Below are positions 1 through 9,936 of a stretch of 64,000 nucleotides of DNA, one piece after another. The DNA is from Phycisphaerae bacterium (GTDB lineage Bacteria; Planctomycetota; Phycisphaerae; JAJVII01): positions 64,920 to 128,919 of the forward strand of contig JAJVII010000008.1 of assembly GCA_022072085.1 (NCBI GenBank), in the 5' to 3' direction. Numbering within the stretch: position 1 is the first letter of the stretch; every line of letters starts with the position of its first letter. A model generated the notes under the pieces. It did no database searches. It was not told the origin of the DNA and saw nothing but the letters and a program-made list of their open reading frames with translations. Both the position numbers and the translations under genes were made by a program.

Positions 1-1551
1 GCCCGCTCCAGGTGCGGGCCAGCCGTCTTCTGCGCGAAGTAATGGTCGAAGTCGACGCAGTGGAACCCGGTCGCGCGGATGACCCGCTGCCCGCCGCCCA
101 GCCAGCCCCACTTGTCGGGATAGCGCTGCTTCATGTACGCCGACCGCTCGCCGGGCGCCATCACCAGCAGGCTGTTGCTGGAGACAGTCTGCACCTGGTA
201 GCCGAGGCGGTGCTCGCCCAAATACTCGCCGTAGTACCCGGTCTGCGGCGACAGGACGCCGCCGCGCTGGATGACGAAGCTGCCCGTGTCGTAGTGGTCG
301 TGGTGCGCGAGCAGGTCGCCGGCCTTGAAACTGGCGTAGAGTTCGTCCGCATCGCCGAACCGCCCGCGCATGAACGCGACGCCGTAGCTGTCGCGTCCGA
401 AGAGCATGGCCTGCGGCATGTGGGTGCGCATCCAGAGTTCGGGACGGACCGGGTCGTAATCGCCGCCCGCGCGGGCCGACGGGTCGTAGGTGACCACAAC
501 GTTCCAGTAGTACTTCCGCCGCCCATAGGGGTCCGGCGAGCGGCTGCGGAAATAATCGCCCGCCGCCGCCAGCAACGGGTCGCGCGACAGCTTGGCGTAG
601 TGATCGGTCGTCAGACACCACCAGCCGGTGTCGCCCAGGTGCAGAGAGCCGGCGCTGTCGCCGTAGGGCTCGAACACGCCGTCGGGCCCGTACTGGTAGA
701 GCTGCCACCGCCCGATCGTCCGCATCACGTCGCGAATCCGGACGTCGCCGGCGACGTCCGTGCCCGTCGCGGTGATGTAGCAGTCAGCCGCCAGCGGATA
801 GGGCCCCGCGCGGTTGTAGATCCAGTAGCTCGCCCCTTCGGGCCAGCCGCCGCTGTAGCGCAGCGCCTTAAGCTCGTCCAGCCAGTGGGCCGTCGCGCGG
901 CGGAGCGTCGCGTCGTTCACGCCGCCGTCGCCCGCGAGGCAGAGGGCCGCCGTCATCACGCCGTTGGCCGCCTGGTTTCGCCCGTGCCAGACGGCCTTGC
1001 CTTCGCCGTCCAGCTCGTGCAGTTCCGTGCCGATCCGCTCGCGAATGACGGCGGCAGCCTTGGCTCGCGCGTCGGTCGTCATCAGCGGATGGTGATAGAG
1101 CCAGTCCCACGCCAACGCGTACGACCAGACCAGCGGATAATACGGCTCATTGCTTCGGCCCAGCGGCTGGGTCAGCATCGTGTGGATCGCCGCGGCGGCG
1201 TAGCGGTCGTCGCCGGAGACGATCCAGCAGGCGGCGTCGGCGGCCGGGTGCTGCTTGCCCGGTTCGACGGCAAGGGCCTTGTCCATGATGGCCTTGAACG
1301 TCGCGTCCTGCCGGTAGAGCCGCCGCACCTCGTCGAACGTTCTGCCGGCGCCGGGCCGGTCTGCTGCCCGGAAGATGCAGCGCGGGTGGCCCGCGTAGAC
1401 CGCCGGCGTCAGGTCGGTCGTCGGGGGATGGTTGCGGGCGGGTACGATCCAGAATCCGTTGTCGTCAGCCGGCGCGGGCCTGGGCGCGGCGCAGCCGCCC
1501 GCCGGCAGGATCGCGACAACAGCGAGGCAAAGCATCAGGCGTGGGCGCATG
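1..1551 (-). CDS. Heparinase II/III-like polysaccharide lyase family protein, C-terminus runs off the window; Sec signal peptide
   Basis: Reverse-strand translation from ATG at 1551 (MRPRLMLCLAVVAILPAGGCAAP...) reads open to position 1. Contains HHDHYDTGSF and YWIYNRAGPY motifs typical of heparinase II/III / alginate-lyase-like proteins. Absent from the ORF track because its stop lies outside the window. The + ORF 12..1658 opposite is R/A/G-rich and treated as an artefact. Confidence 0.6.
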
Positions 1552-1794
1552 CGGACCTCCTGGGATGCAAACACGCGACGGGGGCCCATTGTATCGTCGC
1601 AGGCGGTCGCGGTCTTCGGCCAACCCCGTCGCTTGCGACGGCGGGCCGCTTGCGATGAAGATGCGACGGCCCGGATTTCAGCGCCATCCGTCATTTCACG
1701 CGCGGGCCCGCAAACATACAATGCGAGGCGGTTGACGGGAAACTTGAGCGTGCTAAGCTGGTAGTCTTGCTTCTACTGTCGGAGGTCGCGGGCA

Positions 1795-2973
1795 ATGACT
1801 GGACGAAACGGGTTGACGGTCGCCTTGGCGGCGCTGGGTCTGGCGGTGATGGCCGCGGTGGCCCTGTCGGCTGGAGGCGATTCCGAAACCGCCTCCCAGC
1901 CTCAGGCGCCGGGCGCCCGGCCGCAGCCGACTGACGCGGCGCTGCTGGCCGAGATCGACGCAACCAAGCCCGAGGAGTATTTCAACCTGCGGGCGGAAGT
2001 GGCCGCCGACAAGAAGATATATTTCGCTGGCGAGCCGGTATGGGCCGAGTTCCGCATCCGCAACGAATCCGAGCACGCCGTCAGGCTGTCGCTCCCGGGC
2101 CAGCCGGCGCAGAAGATCGGCGAGCAGTACGTGCTCGCGGGCCTCCCGCTGGCGCACGTGTTCAGCCGGGACCCGGGCGGCCCGGACCCGCAGGCCGGCC
2201 GCTGCCTGATCATCAACCCCGCGTCGGACATGATTACGACGGTGGACGACATCGTCGCCTACAAGCCGGACCACGCGGTCCCGCCGGTCGTGATCCGTCC
2301 GCACGGCGTGGTGGGGCGGCGGGTCCGCCTGGACGAGTTCTACCCCTGCATGCGGAAGCCCGGCGATTACCTGGTCCAGTGGCGGCCCTATCACGACGCC
2401 CTGCGGTCGATGCGAGAGGAGTTCCGGATCATGGCCAAGGAAGAGGCGGTCATCGCGACGAGCCTGGGCGACATGCGCCTGGGATTCCTGTACGACAAAG
2501 CGCCCAACCACGTCGAAAACTTCCTGGATCTGGCCCGCGGCGGCTTCTACGACGGGCAGCGGTTCCACCGCGTGATCGAGGACTTCATGATCCAGACCGG
2601 CGACCCCCTGACCAAGGAAGACGCCAAGCGGCAGCTCTGGGGCCGGGGCCGCGGACCGCGGACGCTCCAGCAGGAATTCAGCGACACGCCGTTCAAACCG
2701 GGCACGCTGGGCATGGCCCGCGGGCCGGACGTGAACAGCGCATCCAGCCAGTTCTTCATCGTCACCGGGCAGGCGGCGCACCTCAACAGCAACTACACGG
2801 CGTTCGGGTACCTGACGGACCAGACATCGCTGGACGTCGCACTGAAGATTTCGCGCGTGCAGGTGAACCACGAGGCCGGCGACTGCCCGGTCCAGGACGT
2901 GGTCGTCAAGAAGGTGACCGTCGTGCCGGTCGGCCCGTATGACAAGGCGGCAACGACGCAGCCGGACCGGTGA
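1795..2973 (+). CDS. Cyclophilin-type peptidyl-prolyl cis-trans isomerase with ~200-aa N-terminal extension and signal/TM segment
   Basis: FHRVIEDFMIQTGDP cyclophilin signature. GGAGG 9 nt upstream of ATG. Hydrophobic N-terminus LTVALAALGLAVMAAVALSA. Confidence 0.8.
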   Translation: MTGRNGLTVALAALGLAVMAAVALSAGGDSETASQPQAPGARPQPTDAALLAEIDATKPEEYFNLRAEVAADKKIYFAGEPVWAEFRIRNESEHAVRLSLPGQPAQKIGEQYVLAGLPLAHVFSRDPGGPDPQAGRCLIINPASDMITTVDDIVAYKPDHAVPPVVIRPHGVVGRRVRLDEFYPCMRKPGDYLVQWRPYHDALRSMREEFRIMAKEEAVIATSLGDMRLGFLYDKAPNHVENFLDLARGGFYDGQRFHRVIEDFMIQTGDPLTKEDAKRQLWGRGRGPRTLQQEFSDTPFKPGTLGMARGPDVNSASSQFFIVTGQAAHLNSNYTAFGYLTDQTSLDVALKISRVQVNHEAGDCPVQDVVVKKVTVVPVGPYDKAATTQPDR

Positions 2974-3107
2974 CGCGAATGAGCGGCAGGGACCACCAAA
3001 GCCCAGGGAACTGACCCCTGGGCTTTGGTGCTATGGAGTTTTCGGATTCTACCCCCGGCGGTCGCGACAGGCGGCCGCAGGCGGGAGGCTCTTAGAGGAA
3101 AGCGAAT

Positions 3108-5330
3108 ATGAGCGAACTGATGCAGGTGATCAAGAACGGCGAGCAGGCCCAGTGGGACCAGGCCTTCGCGACCGCGGCGGCCGAGGGCAATCCCGCCCGC
3201 GACGCCGAGATGTTCGAAGCGCTGGAGTTCCTCAACTCCACCCGCCGCTCCGACGCCGCGGAAGTCCTCGCGTGGGGGTGGCTCACCTCGTTGTCCAAGA
3301 ACCGCCCGCTGGCTGACGCCGTCGCCATCGGCGGGCGCCTGCTGCTGCTCTGTCCCGGCAGCAGCCAGATCCGCACGGACCTGGCCGACGTCTACCGCGC
3401 CGCCCACGGCGAGCGCGACGACCTGGCCGCCTGGCTCGACGCCAGCGGACTGACCGGTGAAAAGGTTCCGCCCCATCGCGCCCTGCGGACGCTGGACCTG
3501 ATGCTCTCGATCAACGCCGGCGACTGGCTGGTCGAACGCATCCTGCCCGGCGCCGAGCACCCGCTGCGCGAGCGCGTCGCCGAGGTCGTCGACATCTCGG
3601 CCGCATCGGACGCGGTCACCATCCGCGTCACCGGCGGCGTCGAGGAGGAGCGGACTTCCCTGCGGCTGGCCGACGAATGGCAGCGGGCCGACGAGAACTG
3701 CTACTGCCTGCTGGCCCGGCGCGACCGCGAGCGTCTGGTCGGGCTGATCGGCTCGGACCCGCTGGCGGTGCTGGTGTCGGCGATCCGCGGCGCGGGCGGC
3801 CGAATCGACCAGGAGCAACTTCGCGCGGCCTTGGCGCCGGCGTTCATGCCCGACAGCGACTGGAGCAAGTGGTGGTCGCGGGCCCGCAACGCCGCCAAGA
3901 GGAACCCGCACATCCGCATCGAAGGCCGCATGCCCGCGGTGCTCGTCTACGACGAGGTCGGCGTGACGCTCGAAGCCGAGACGCTGGACACGCTGGGCAA
4001 AGCCAAGACGCCGGCCGCCCGACTGGGCGTCGTCGAGGGCTACCTCCGCACGCGCGGGGGGGCGCCTGACAAGGAATTCCTCAACGAGGTCGCCCGGCTG
4101 GCGACCAGTTGGGTCGCGGGCAAGTCGCAGCGATTCGCCAACGCCCTGGCAGCCTATCGCCTCAACGACCTGGGCGTGCCGGTGGACGAGACGGCAACGG
4201 AACTGGCCATCAAGCACCTGGCCGACGTCGAAGATGCCGCCGATCTGATCCGCTCGCTGGACGACGACAGCCTGTGGGCCGTCGCGCTGGACCTGCTCCG
4301 TGAAGCCAAGCCCGTCGCCCCCGGCGGTCCGGCCCACGGCGACTGGCAGGCGATCTACCTCGAACTGCTGCCCAAGGCGCCGACCGCCTGCTGCGACCGG
4401 ATCGCGGCTGCCCTGCTGGGCGCGGGGCAGACCGAGCGGCTCAACGCCGAAGTCCTCGTCATCGTCGAGTCGCCGGTGGAGTCCATCGACGCGCTCTGCT
4501 GGCTTTGGAACCGGCCGGCTGACTCCGACAAGATGCAGTTGCCGAGCTCCGGAGAAATCCTCGGCCAGTTGCTCGGCCTGCTGCGGCACGCCCTGGTGCT
4601 GGCCGACACCGACAGCGCCCAAGCCAAGTTCATCCGCGGCAAGGTCCGCTCGGCCTTGTCGGCCCGCGGGTACGGTGCTTTCGCGGCCCACCTGGAGACG
4701 ATCGACGCAGCGATGGCTGAGCCGCTGCGGCGGCAGCTCCAGCGGGTCGAGGGGATCGGCTCGACCGTGCCCGAGCGGCTGCTGGCGATGCTCAATGAGC
4801 GTCACCCGCCGCGGCGCGTGGTCAAGACCGTGCCGCAGTGGCTGGAAGAGGACGTGATCTACTGCTCGCCCGAAGCCCTCCGGGGCCGCGAGCGCGAGCT
4901 GGAGCACATCCAGAACGTGGAGATGCCGGCCAACGCCGTCGCAATCGGACGGGCAGCCAGCTACGGCGACCTGTCGGAGAACAGCGAATACAAGTACGCC
5001 CTGGAGGAGCGAGACCTGCTGCGGGCCCGGGCGGCCCGGATCGCCAACGAGCTGGCGATGGCCCGCACGATCCACCCCGGCGAAGTCCCCGCGGACCACG
5101 TCGCCATCTACAGCCGCGTACAGCTGCAACTGGCCGGCGACGACCAGGCCAAGCTGATACAGATCGTCAGCCCGTGGGACAGCGACGTGACGGCCGGCCG
5201 CTTCAACTATAAGGCCCCGCTCAGCCAGCAACTGCTGGGCAAGAAGCCCGGCGAGCGGGTGACGCTGTCGTTTGACGGCGGTCCGGAGCAGCAGTTCACC
5301 ATCGCCGGCGTGCTGCCGCCGCAGGCGTAA
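3108..5330 (+). CDS. GreA/GreB-family transcript cleavage factor domain fused to ~590-aa N-terminal alpha-helical extension
   Basis: C-terminal 150 aa carry the GreA hallmarks GDLSENSEYKYALEE (coiled-coil tip) and SPWDSDVTAGRFNYKAPLSQQLLGKKPGERVTL (FKBP-like C-domain). GAGGAA RBS upstream of ATG. Confidence 0.6.
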   Translation: MSELMQVIKNGEQAQWDQAFATAAAEGNPARDAEMFEALEFLNSTRRSDAAEVLAWGWLTSLSKNRPLADAVAIGGRLLLLCPGSSQIRTDLADVYRAAHGERDDLAAWLDASGLTGEKVPPHRALRTLDLMLSINAGDWLVERILPGAEHPLRERVAEVVDISAASDAVTIRVTGGVEEERTSLRLADEWQRADENCYCLLARRDRERLVGLIGSDPLAVLVSAIRGAGGRIDQEQLRAALAPAFMPDSDWSKWWSRARNAAKRNPHIRIEGRMPAVLVYDEVGVTLEAETLDTLGKAKTPAARLGVVEGYLRTRGGAPDKEFLNEVARLATSWVAGKSQRFANALAAYRLNDLGVPVDETATELAIKHLADVEDAADLIRSLDDDSLWAVALDLLREAKPVAPGGPAHGDWQAIYLELLPKAPTACCDRIAAALLGAGQTERLNAEVLVIVESPVESIDALCWLWNRPADSDKMQLPSSGEILGQLLGLLRHALVLADTDSAQAKFIRGKVRSALSARGYGAFAAHLETIDAAMAEPLRRQLQRVEGIGSTVPERLLAMLNERHPPRRVVKTVPQWLEEDVIYCSPEALRGRERELEHIQNVEMPANAVAIGRAASYGDLSENSEYKYALEERDLLRARAARIANELAMARTIHPGEVPADHVAIYSRVQLQLAGDDQAKLIQIVSPWDSDVTAGRFNYKAPLSQQLLGKKPGERVTLSFDGGPEQQFTIAGVLPPQA

Positions 5331-5340
5331 GAGATGAGCA

Positions 5341-5369
5341 TTGGCAACGCCGAGGCCATCCGTTATACT
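5341..5369 (+). promoter_or_regulatory. Sigma-70-type promoter for SRP RNA (TTGGCA-17 bp-TATACT)
   Basis: TTGGCA at 5341-5346, 17-nt spacer, TATACT at 5364-5369, ~7 nt upstream of the predicted SRP RNA 5' end. Confidence 0.45.
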
Positions 5370-5375
5370 AAGACT

Positions 5376-5646
5376 GGCCGTGCTAGGTGGGGCGCTGGCG
5401 GTGCCTCGCACCTGCAATCCGCCTCAGCAGGGCTGAATTCCCCGTAGAGGGAAGTCCGTGCCCGGCCTCTGGGGCGGCACGGGGCGATGACAATCGGGTC
5501 CTATGCAACGGAGCTGCGTGAACCTGGTCAGGTCCGGAAGGAAGCAGCCATAAGCGATTCGTTCCGTGTGCCGTAGGGCAACCCGATTCGAGCCACCGAC
5601 CGTTTCATGCTGCGTGCGTCCTTTTCGAAGCGGGGTGCACGGCCTT
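5376..5646 (+). ncRNA. ffs: Signal recognition particle RNA, long Bacillus-type (Alu domain + S domain), ~271 nt
   Basis: 5' part GCCGUGCUAGGUGGGGCGCUGGCGGUGCC...CCUGCAAUCCGCCUCAGCAGGGCUGAAUUCCC closely parallels the B. subtilis scRNA Alu domain. Domain IV hallmark GGUCAGGUCCGGAAGGAAGCAGCC at ~5526-5550. 3' end GGUGCACGGCC pairs with the 5' GGCCGUGC. Followed by a U-rich stretch. Sits immediately upstream of dnaX, the classic position. Confidence 0.85.
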
Positions 5647-5796
5647 TATGACGGGCGATCCCGGAAGCCCCGGGGTCGCCCGCCATCTTTTTCCGACTCG
5701 GCTGGCCGACCGCTGGAACGCCGACGAAGCCTCTGGTAAGATGTCTCGCGTCACGACGTAACACGGTTCCCGCAGACTCTCAAAGCCAATCGTTCA

Positions 5797-7584
5797 ATGA
5801 GCTACACGGTCCTTGCACGGCGATACCGGTCGAAAGACTTCGACGACCTGATCGGTCAGGAGCCGATCTCCCAGACGCTGCGCAACGCGATCGAGACCAA
5901 CCGCGTCGCACACGCCTATCTGTTCTGCGGCACGCGCGGCGTCGGCAAGACGAGCATGGCCCGCATCCTGGCCAAGGCCCTCAACTGCGAGAAGGGCCCG
6001 ACCGTCAAGCCCTGCAACACCTGTGACCGCTGCAAGGCCATCGCCGCCGGCGAGGACATCGACGTCATCGAGATCGACGGCGCCTCCAACCGCGGCATCG
6101 ACGACATCCGCGAGCTGCGCAACAACGCGATCTACCGCCCGGCCCGCTCGCCCAACAAGATCTACATCATCGACGAGGTCCACCAGGTCACGCGCGACGC
6201 GTTCAACGCGCTGCTCAAGACCCTGGAGGAGCCACCCGACCACGTCAAGTTCATCTTCGCGACCACCGAGCCGCAGAAGGTTCCCGAGACCATCCGCTCA
6301 CGCTGCCAGGAGTTCAGCTTCGGGCCGATCTCGACCGACAAGATCGCCGCCCGGCTGGGCGAGATCCTCAAGGCCGAGAAGATCAAGGCCTCTCCCGAGG
6401 TCGTCGCCCGCGTCGCCCGCGCAGGGCGCGGCTCGATGCGCGACGCCCTGAGCATGATGGATCAGCTCCTGGCGATGGGCGCCGACGCGGTCACCGAGCA
6501 GATGGTCCAGTACCTCCTCGGCCAGCCGGCGTCGGAACGCCTCGGCGAACTGGTCGACGCCCTGGCCGACGGCGACGCAGCCGCCGCCCTGACGCGGACA
6601 GACGCCCTGCTGTCGGCCGGCTACGCCCCGGAGCAATTTGTCGTCACGACCATCGAATTCCTCCGCCAGCTCATGCTGCTCGCGGTCGTCGGCGAGAAGT
6701 GCGAGTTCCTGGACGTCGCATCGGCGGACCGCGAGAAGCTGGCCGCCCAGGCCGCCCGGTTCTCGCCTGTCACGCTGGTCTACATGATCCAGCTTCTGGA
6801 GCACCTGCGGCAGTCGGTGCGGGCCTCGACGACCGCGGCCCGGGCGCTGATCGACGCGGCCATGGTCCGGCTGGCGCTGGCCGACCAGTTCGCCGACACG
6901 GCCGAGCTGGTCGAGCGGCTGACCACCGGCGGCACGGCCCCGGACGGACCGGCAGCCGGCGCGGCAGCGGCGGTGACCGGCGCAAAAAAAAAATGGGACC
7001 GCCCGGCCGAGGTAGCCCCCCACGCCCCGGCCGATGACGTCCCCGACCGTGCGGCAGCCGCCGCGCCTTCTGTCGCCGCCAACGGCGCGGCAACGGTCAA
7101 CGGCGAGTTGGGCCCGCCGCTGCTGGGCGCGGGTGATGATCTGTCGGCCCTGCCGCTTGACGCCCTGTGGAACGACGTGATCGGCCGACTGGCCGCCGCC
7201 CGGCTGGCGCAGTTGTCGGCCCCGCTGCGATACACGCGGCTGGCGTCGGTCGAGGGCGACACGCTGACGGTTTCAGTGCGGCGGGAATACGTGGCCGTGC
7301 TCAGTTCGGCCAAGCAGCAGGAGCGGCTGATCGAAGTGCTCGGCCGACTGCTGGACCGCCGCGTGCGGCTGAAATGGGAACAGGTGGCCGACGGCCCCGC
7401 CCCGACTGCCCGGGAGCAGGCCGCAACGCCGCCGCCTGCACCGCCGACCGGAAGAATCAACAAGCAGGAGATGGACCAGATCACTTCGGACGGGACGATC
7501 CGCGAGGTAATGCACCTGTTCAACGCGGCGGTGGTGAGCGTGGAGAAGCGACCGGCGGACGCGAACGGGACGGGCCCCAAGTGA
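5797..7584 (+). CDS. dnaX: DNA polymerase III subunits gamma/tau
   Basis: N-terminal AAA+ clamp-loader motifs: FDDLIGQE, HAYLFCGTRGVGKTSMARILAKALNCE (Walker A), IYIIDEVHQV (Walker B), zinc module CNTCDRC. Confidence 0.95.
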   Translation: MSYTVLARRYRSKDFDDLIGQEPISQTLRNAIETNRVAHAYLFCGTRGVGKTSMARILAKALNCEKGPTVKPCNTCDRCKAIAAGEDIDVIEIDGASNRGIDDIRELRNNAIYRPARSPNKIYIIDEVHQVTRDAFNALLKTLEEPPDHVKFIFATTEPQKVPETIRSRCQEFSFGPISTDKIAARLGEILKAEKIKASPEVVARVARAGRGSMRDALSMMDQLLAMGADAVTEQMVQYLLGQPASERLGELVDALADGDAAAALTRTDALLSAGYAPEQFVVTTIEFLRQLMLLAVVGEKCEFLDVASADREKLAAQAARFSPVTLVYMIQLLEHLRQSVRASTTAARALIDAAMVRLALADQFADTAELVERLTTGGTAPDGPAAGAAAAVTGAKKKWDRPAEVAPHAPADDVPDRAAAAAPSVAANGAATVNGELGPPLLGAGDDLSALPLDALWNDVIGRLAAARLAQLSAPLRYTRLASVEGDTLTVSVRREYVAVLSSAKQQERLIEVLGRLLDRRVRLKWEQVADGPAPTAREQAATPPPAPPTGRINKQEMDQITSDGTIREVMHLFNAAVVSVEKRPADANGTGPK

Positions 7585-7690
7585 GCATCGGACATCGGGC
7601 GGCCTATCATAAGCCGCACGGACAAGTTAAGCCGGCCGGGCAACCGGTCGATTGAAATGAGGGCGGCCACGGGTCGTCCTCCGCACCGAT

Positions 7691-8296
7691 ATGAGTAGCG
7701 GATACACAGAGACGATGCAGCGTCTGATCGAGCGGTTGGGCACGCTGCCGGGCGTGGGGGCGCGGTCGGCTGAGCGGATCGCCTTTCACCTGCTGCGGGC
7801 CGAGCCGGAAGAGGCTATGGCCCTGGCCCGTGCGATCAGCGATCTGAAGACGCGGACGCGGCACTGCACGCGGTGCTTCAACCTGACCGAACAGGACCCC
7901 TGCGGGATCTGCACGGACGACCGGCGGGACCAGAAGACGATCTGCGTCGTCGAGCAGCCGAAGGACCTGATCAGCATAGAATCGACAGGCGCCTATCGCG
8001 GCGTGTATCATGTGTTGATGGGACACCTGTCGCCGCTGGAGGGCGTGGAGCCCGAGGATCTGACAATCGGCGACCTAGTCGGCCGGGTGAAGCGGGAGCA
8101 GACCGCGGAAGTGATCCTGGCGACCAACCCGACCATGGAAGGCGACGGCACGGCGTTGCACATCACGTCGCTGCTGTCAGGGACGGGGGTCGCGATCACC
8201 CGTCTGGCACGCGGGGTGCCCAGCGGGTCGCAACTGGAGTATGCCAACCGATCGATGCTCGCAGACGCCCTGTCCGGGCGTCAGAAGCTGGGTTGA
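7691..8296 (+). CDS. recR: Recombination protein RecR
   Basis: LPGVGARSAERIAFHLL HhH motif, C4 zinc finger CTRCFNLTEQDPCGIC, Toprim segment. Confidence 0.95.
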   Translation: MSSGYTETMQRLIERLGTLPGVGARSAERIAFHLLRAEPEEAMALARAISDLKTRTRHCTRCFNLTEQDPCGICTDDRRDQKTICVVEQPKDLISIESTGAYRGVYHVLMGHLSPLEGVEPEDLTIGDLVGRVKREQTAEVILATNPTMEGDGTALHITSLLSGTGVAITRLARGVPSGSQLEYANRSMLADALSGRQKLG

Positions 8297-8303
8297 GTGA
8301 AGA

Positions 8304-9821
8304 ATGCGGCTTGAAACGTCGCAAAGAATGGGCCTCGAGCAGCGGATGAAGCTGGCTCCGCGGATGATCCAGTCCATGGAGATCCTCCAGCTTCCCCTGC
8401 TGGCGCTTCAGGAGCGCATCGAGCAGGAGTTGATCAGCAACCCCGTGCTCGAAATGCGCGACCCCTCCGAGGACGAGCCCGCCGGCGACTCCGACGGCGA
8501 AGAGGCCCCCCAGGCACAGCAGCAGGAAGAAACTACCAGCGAGGACCGCGGCGAGTCCAGCCTCATCGTCGACGACAAGAACGACAAGCTCGACTACGAG
8601 CGTCTGGCCGAAATCGCCGACGACAACGACTACGAGGACTACTACTCCCGGGCCCGCGGCAGCGGCATCCGCCATGTCGGCGACAGCGACCGCGACCGCA
8701 AGCTCGACGCAATGGCCAACACGGCCGCCCGCGACACCTCCCTGCACGAGTATCTCACCTTCCAGTGGAACCTGGTCGAAGCCGAGGAACCGATCAAGAC
8801 GGCCGGCCAACTCATCATCAACCACCTGGAAGACGACGGCTACCTGCGCGTGGACACCGAGGAACTGACCCGCCGCTCGCGGACGCCCGTGACGCCGGTG
8901 CAGATCAACCGGGCCCTCGTGCTGGTGCAGAGCCTCGATCCGCCGGGCGTCGGGGCCCGCGACCTCCAGGAATGCCTGCTCCTCCAACTCGACAGCGTCG
9001 AGGAACCGCCGGCCATCCACGACCTGGCCCGCACGCTGGCTGAGCACCACCTGCGCGACATCGAGAACAACCGCCTGCCAGCCATCGCCAAGTCAACCGG
9101 CCGGGCCATCGAGAATATCAAGGAAGCGATCAAGTATCTCCACCGCTTCGACCCGCGCCCGGGCCAGCGCATCGGGCCCGACAACGTGCCCTACATCGTC
9201 CCGGACATCCTGGTCGATTACGCCCAGGACGGCGACGGCTACGACGTGCGGCTGGCCAGCGGCAACGAGCCCGTTCTCTACATCAACCGCATGTATCGCC
9301 GGATGCTCCGCAACGGCACGGTGGACGTCAAGACGCGCGAGTTTATCAAGAAGAACATCCAGTCGGCCCGCTGGCTGATCGAGTCGCTCGAACAGCGCCG
9401 CTCGACGCTGCTGCGGGTGGCCGAGGCCATCGTCCACGCCCAGCGCGACTTCCTGGACAACGGGCCCAAGTTTCTCAAGCCCCTGCCGATGGGCGCCGTC
9501 GCCGACAAGGTCGGCATCCATGTAGCCACGGTCAGCCGGGCCGTCTCTGACAAGTACATGCAGTGCCCGCGCGGCATCTATCCGCTGCGGCAGTTCTTCT
9601 CCAGCGGCGTGGAAACCGGCGAGGGCGGGTCTCTGAGCTGGGAGGCCATCAAGGCCAAGATCAGCGAGATCATCAAGAACGAGGACAAGAACGCCCCGTT
9701 GAGCGACGACCAGATCGTCGACATGCTCAACGGCGAAGGCATCCAGATGGCCCGCCGAACCGTTGCCAAGTATCGCAAGGCCCTGGGCATCCCCTCGGCC
9801 CGGCAGCGCAAGGATTTCTGA
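8304..9821 (+). CDS. rpoN: RNA polymerase sigma-54 factor
   Basis: Gln/Leu-rich region I (LAPRMIQSMEILQLP), acidic region II, C-terminal RpoN box ARRTVAKYRKALGIPSARQRK. Confidence 0.95.
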   Translation: MRLETSQRMGLEQRMKLAPRMIQSMEILQLPLLALQERIEQELISNPVLEMRDPSEDEPAGDSDGEEAPQAQQQEETTSEDRGESSLIVDDKNDKLDYERLAEIADDNDYEDYYSRARGSGIRHVGDSDRDRKLDAMANTAARDTSLHEYLTFQWNLVEAEEPIKTAGQLIINHLEDDGYLRVDTEELTRRSRTPVTPVQINRALVLVQSLDPPGVGARDLQECLLLQLDSVEEPPAIHDLARTLAEHHLRDIENNRLPAIAKSTGRAIENIKEAIKYLHRFDPRPGQRIGPDNVPYIVPDILVDYAQDGDGYDVRLASGNEPVLYINRMYRRMLRNGTVDVKTREFIKKNIQSARWLIESLEQRRSTLLRVAEAIVHAQRDFLDNGPKFLKPLPMGAVADKVGIHVATVSRAVSDKYMQCPRGIYPLRQFFSSGVETGEGGSLSWEAIKAKISEIIKNEDKNAPLSDDQIVDMLNGEGIQMARRTVAKYRKALGIPSARQRKDF

Positions 9822-9936
9822 CCACCCGCCATTCCAAGCCAGTCGGCCCGGCGCCGGACGCCTGCGGCGTTGCCGCAACTGCACGTCTAGCCGCGACCCG
9901 CAGGGGAGCCCGCCCGACACAATCAGGCGACCTCCC

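Noticed and set aside
12-1658. 548-aa + strand ORF from the track
   Set aside because: Arg/Ala/Gly/Val-rich with no motifs. The opposite strand encodes a convincing heparinase-like protein with signal peptide and conserved motifs. Typical antisense ORF of high-GC DNA.
7584-7691. Possible missing ybaB (YbaB/EbfC) between dnaX and recR
   Set aside because: Gap is only 107 bp with no ORF, so ybaB is simply not at this position. Not a feature.
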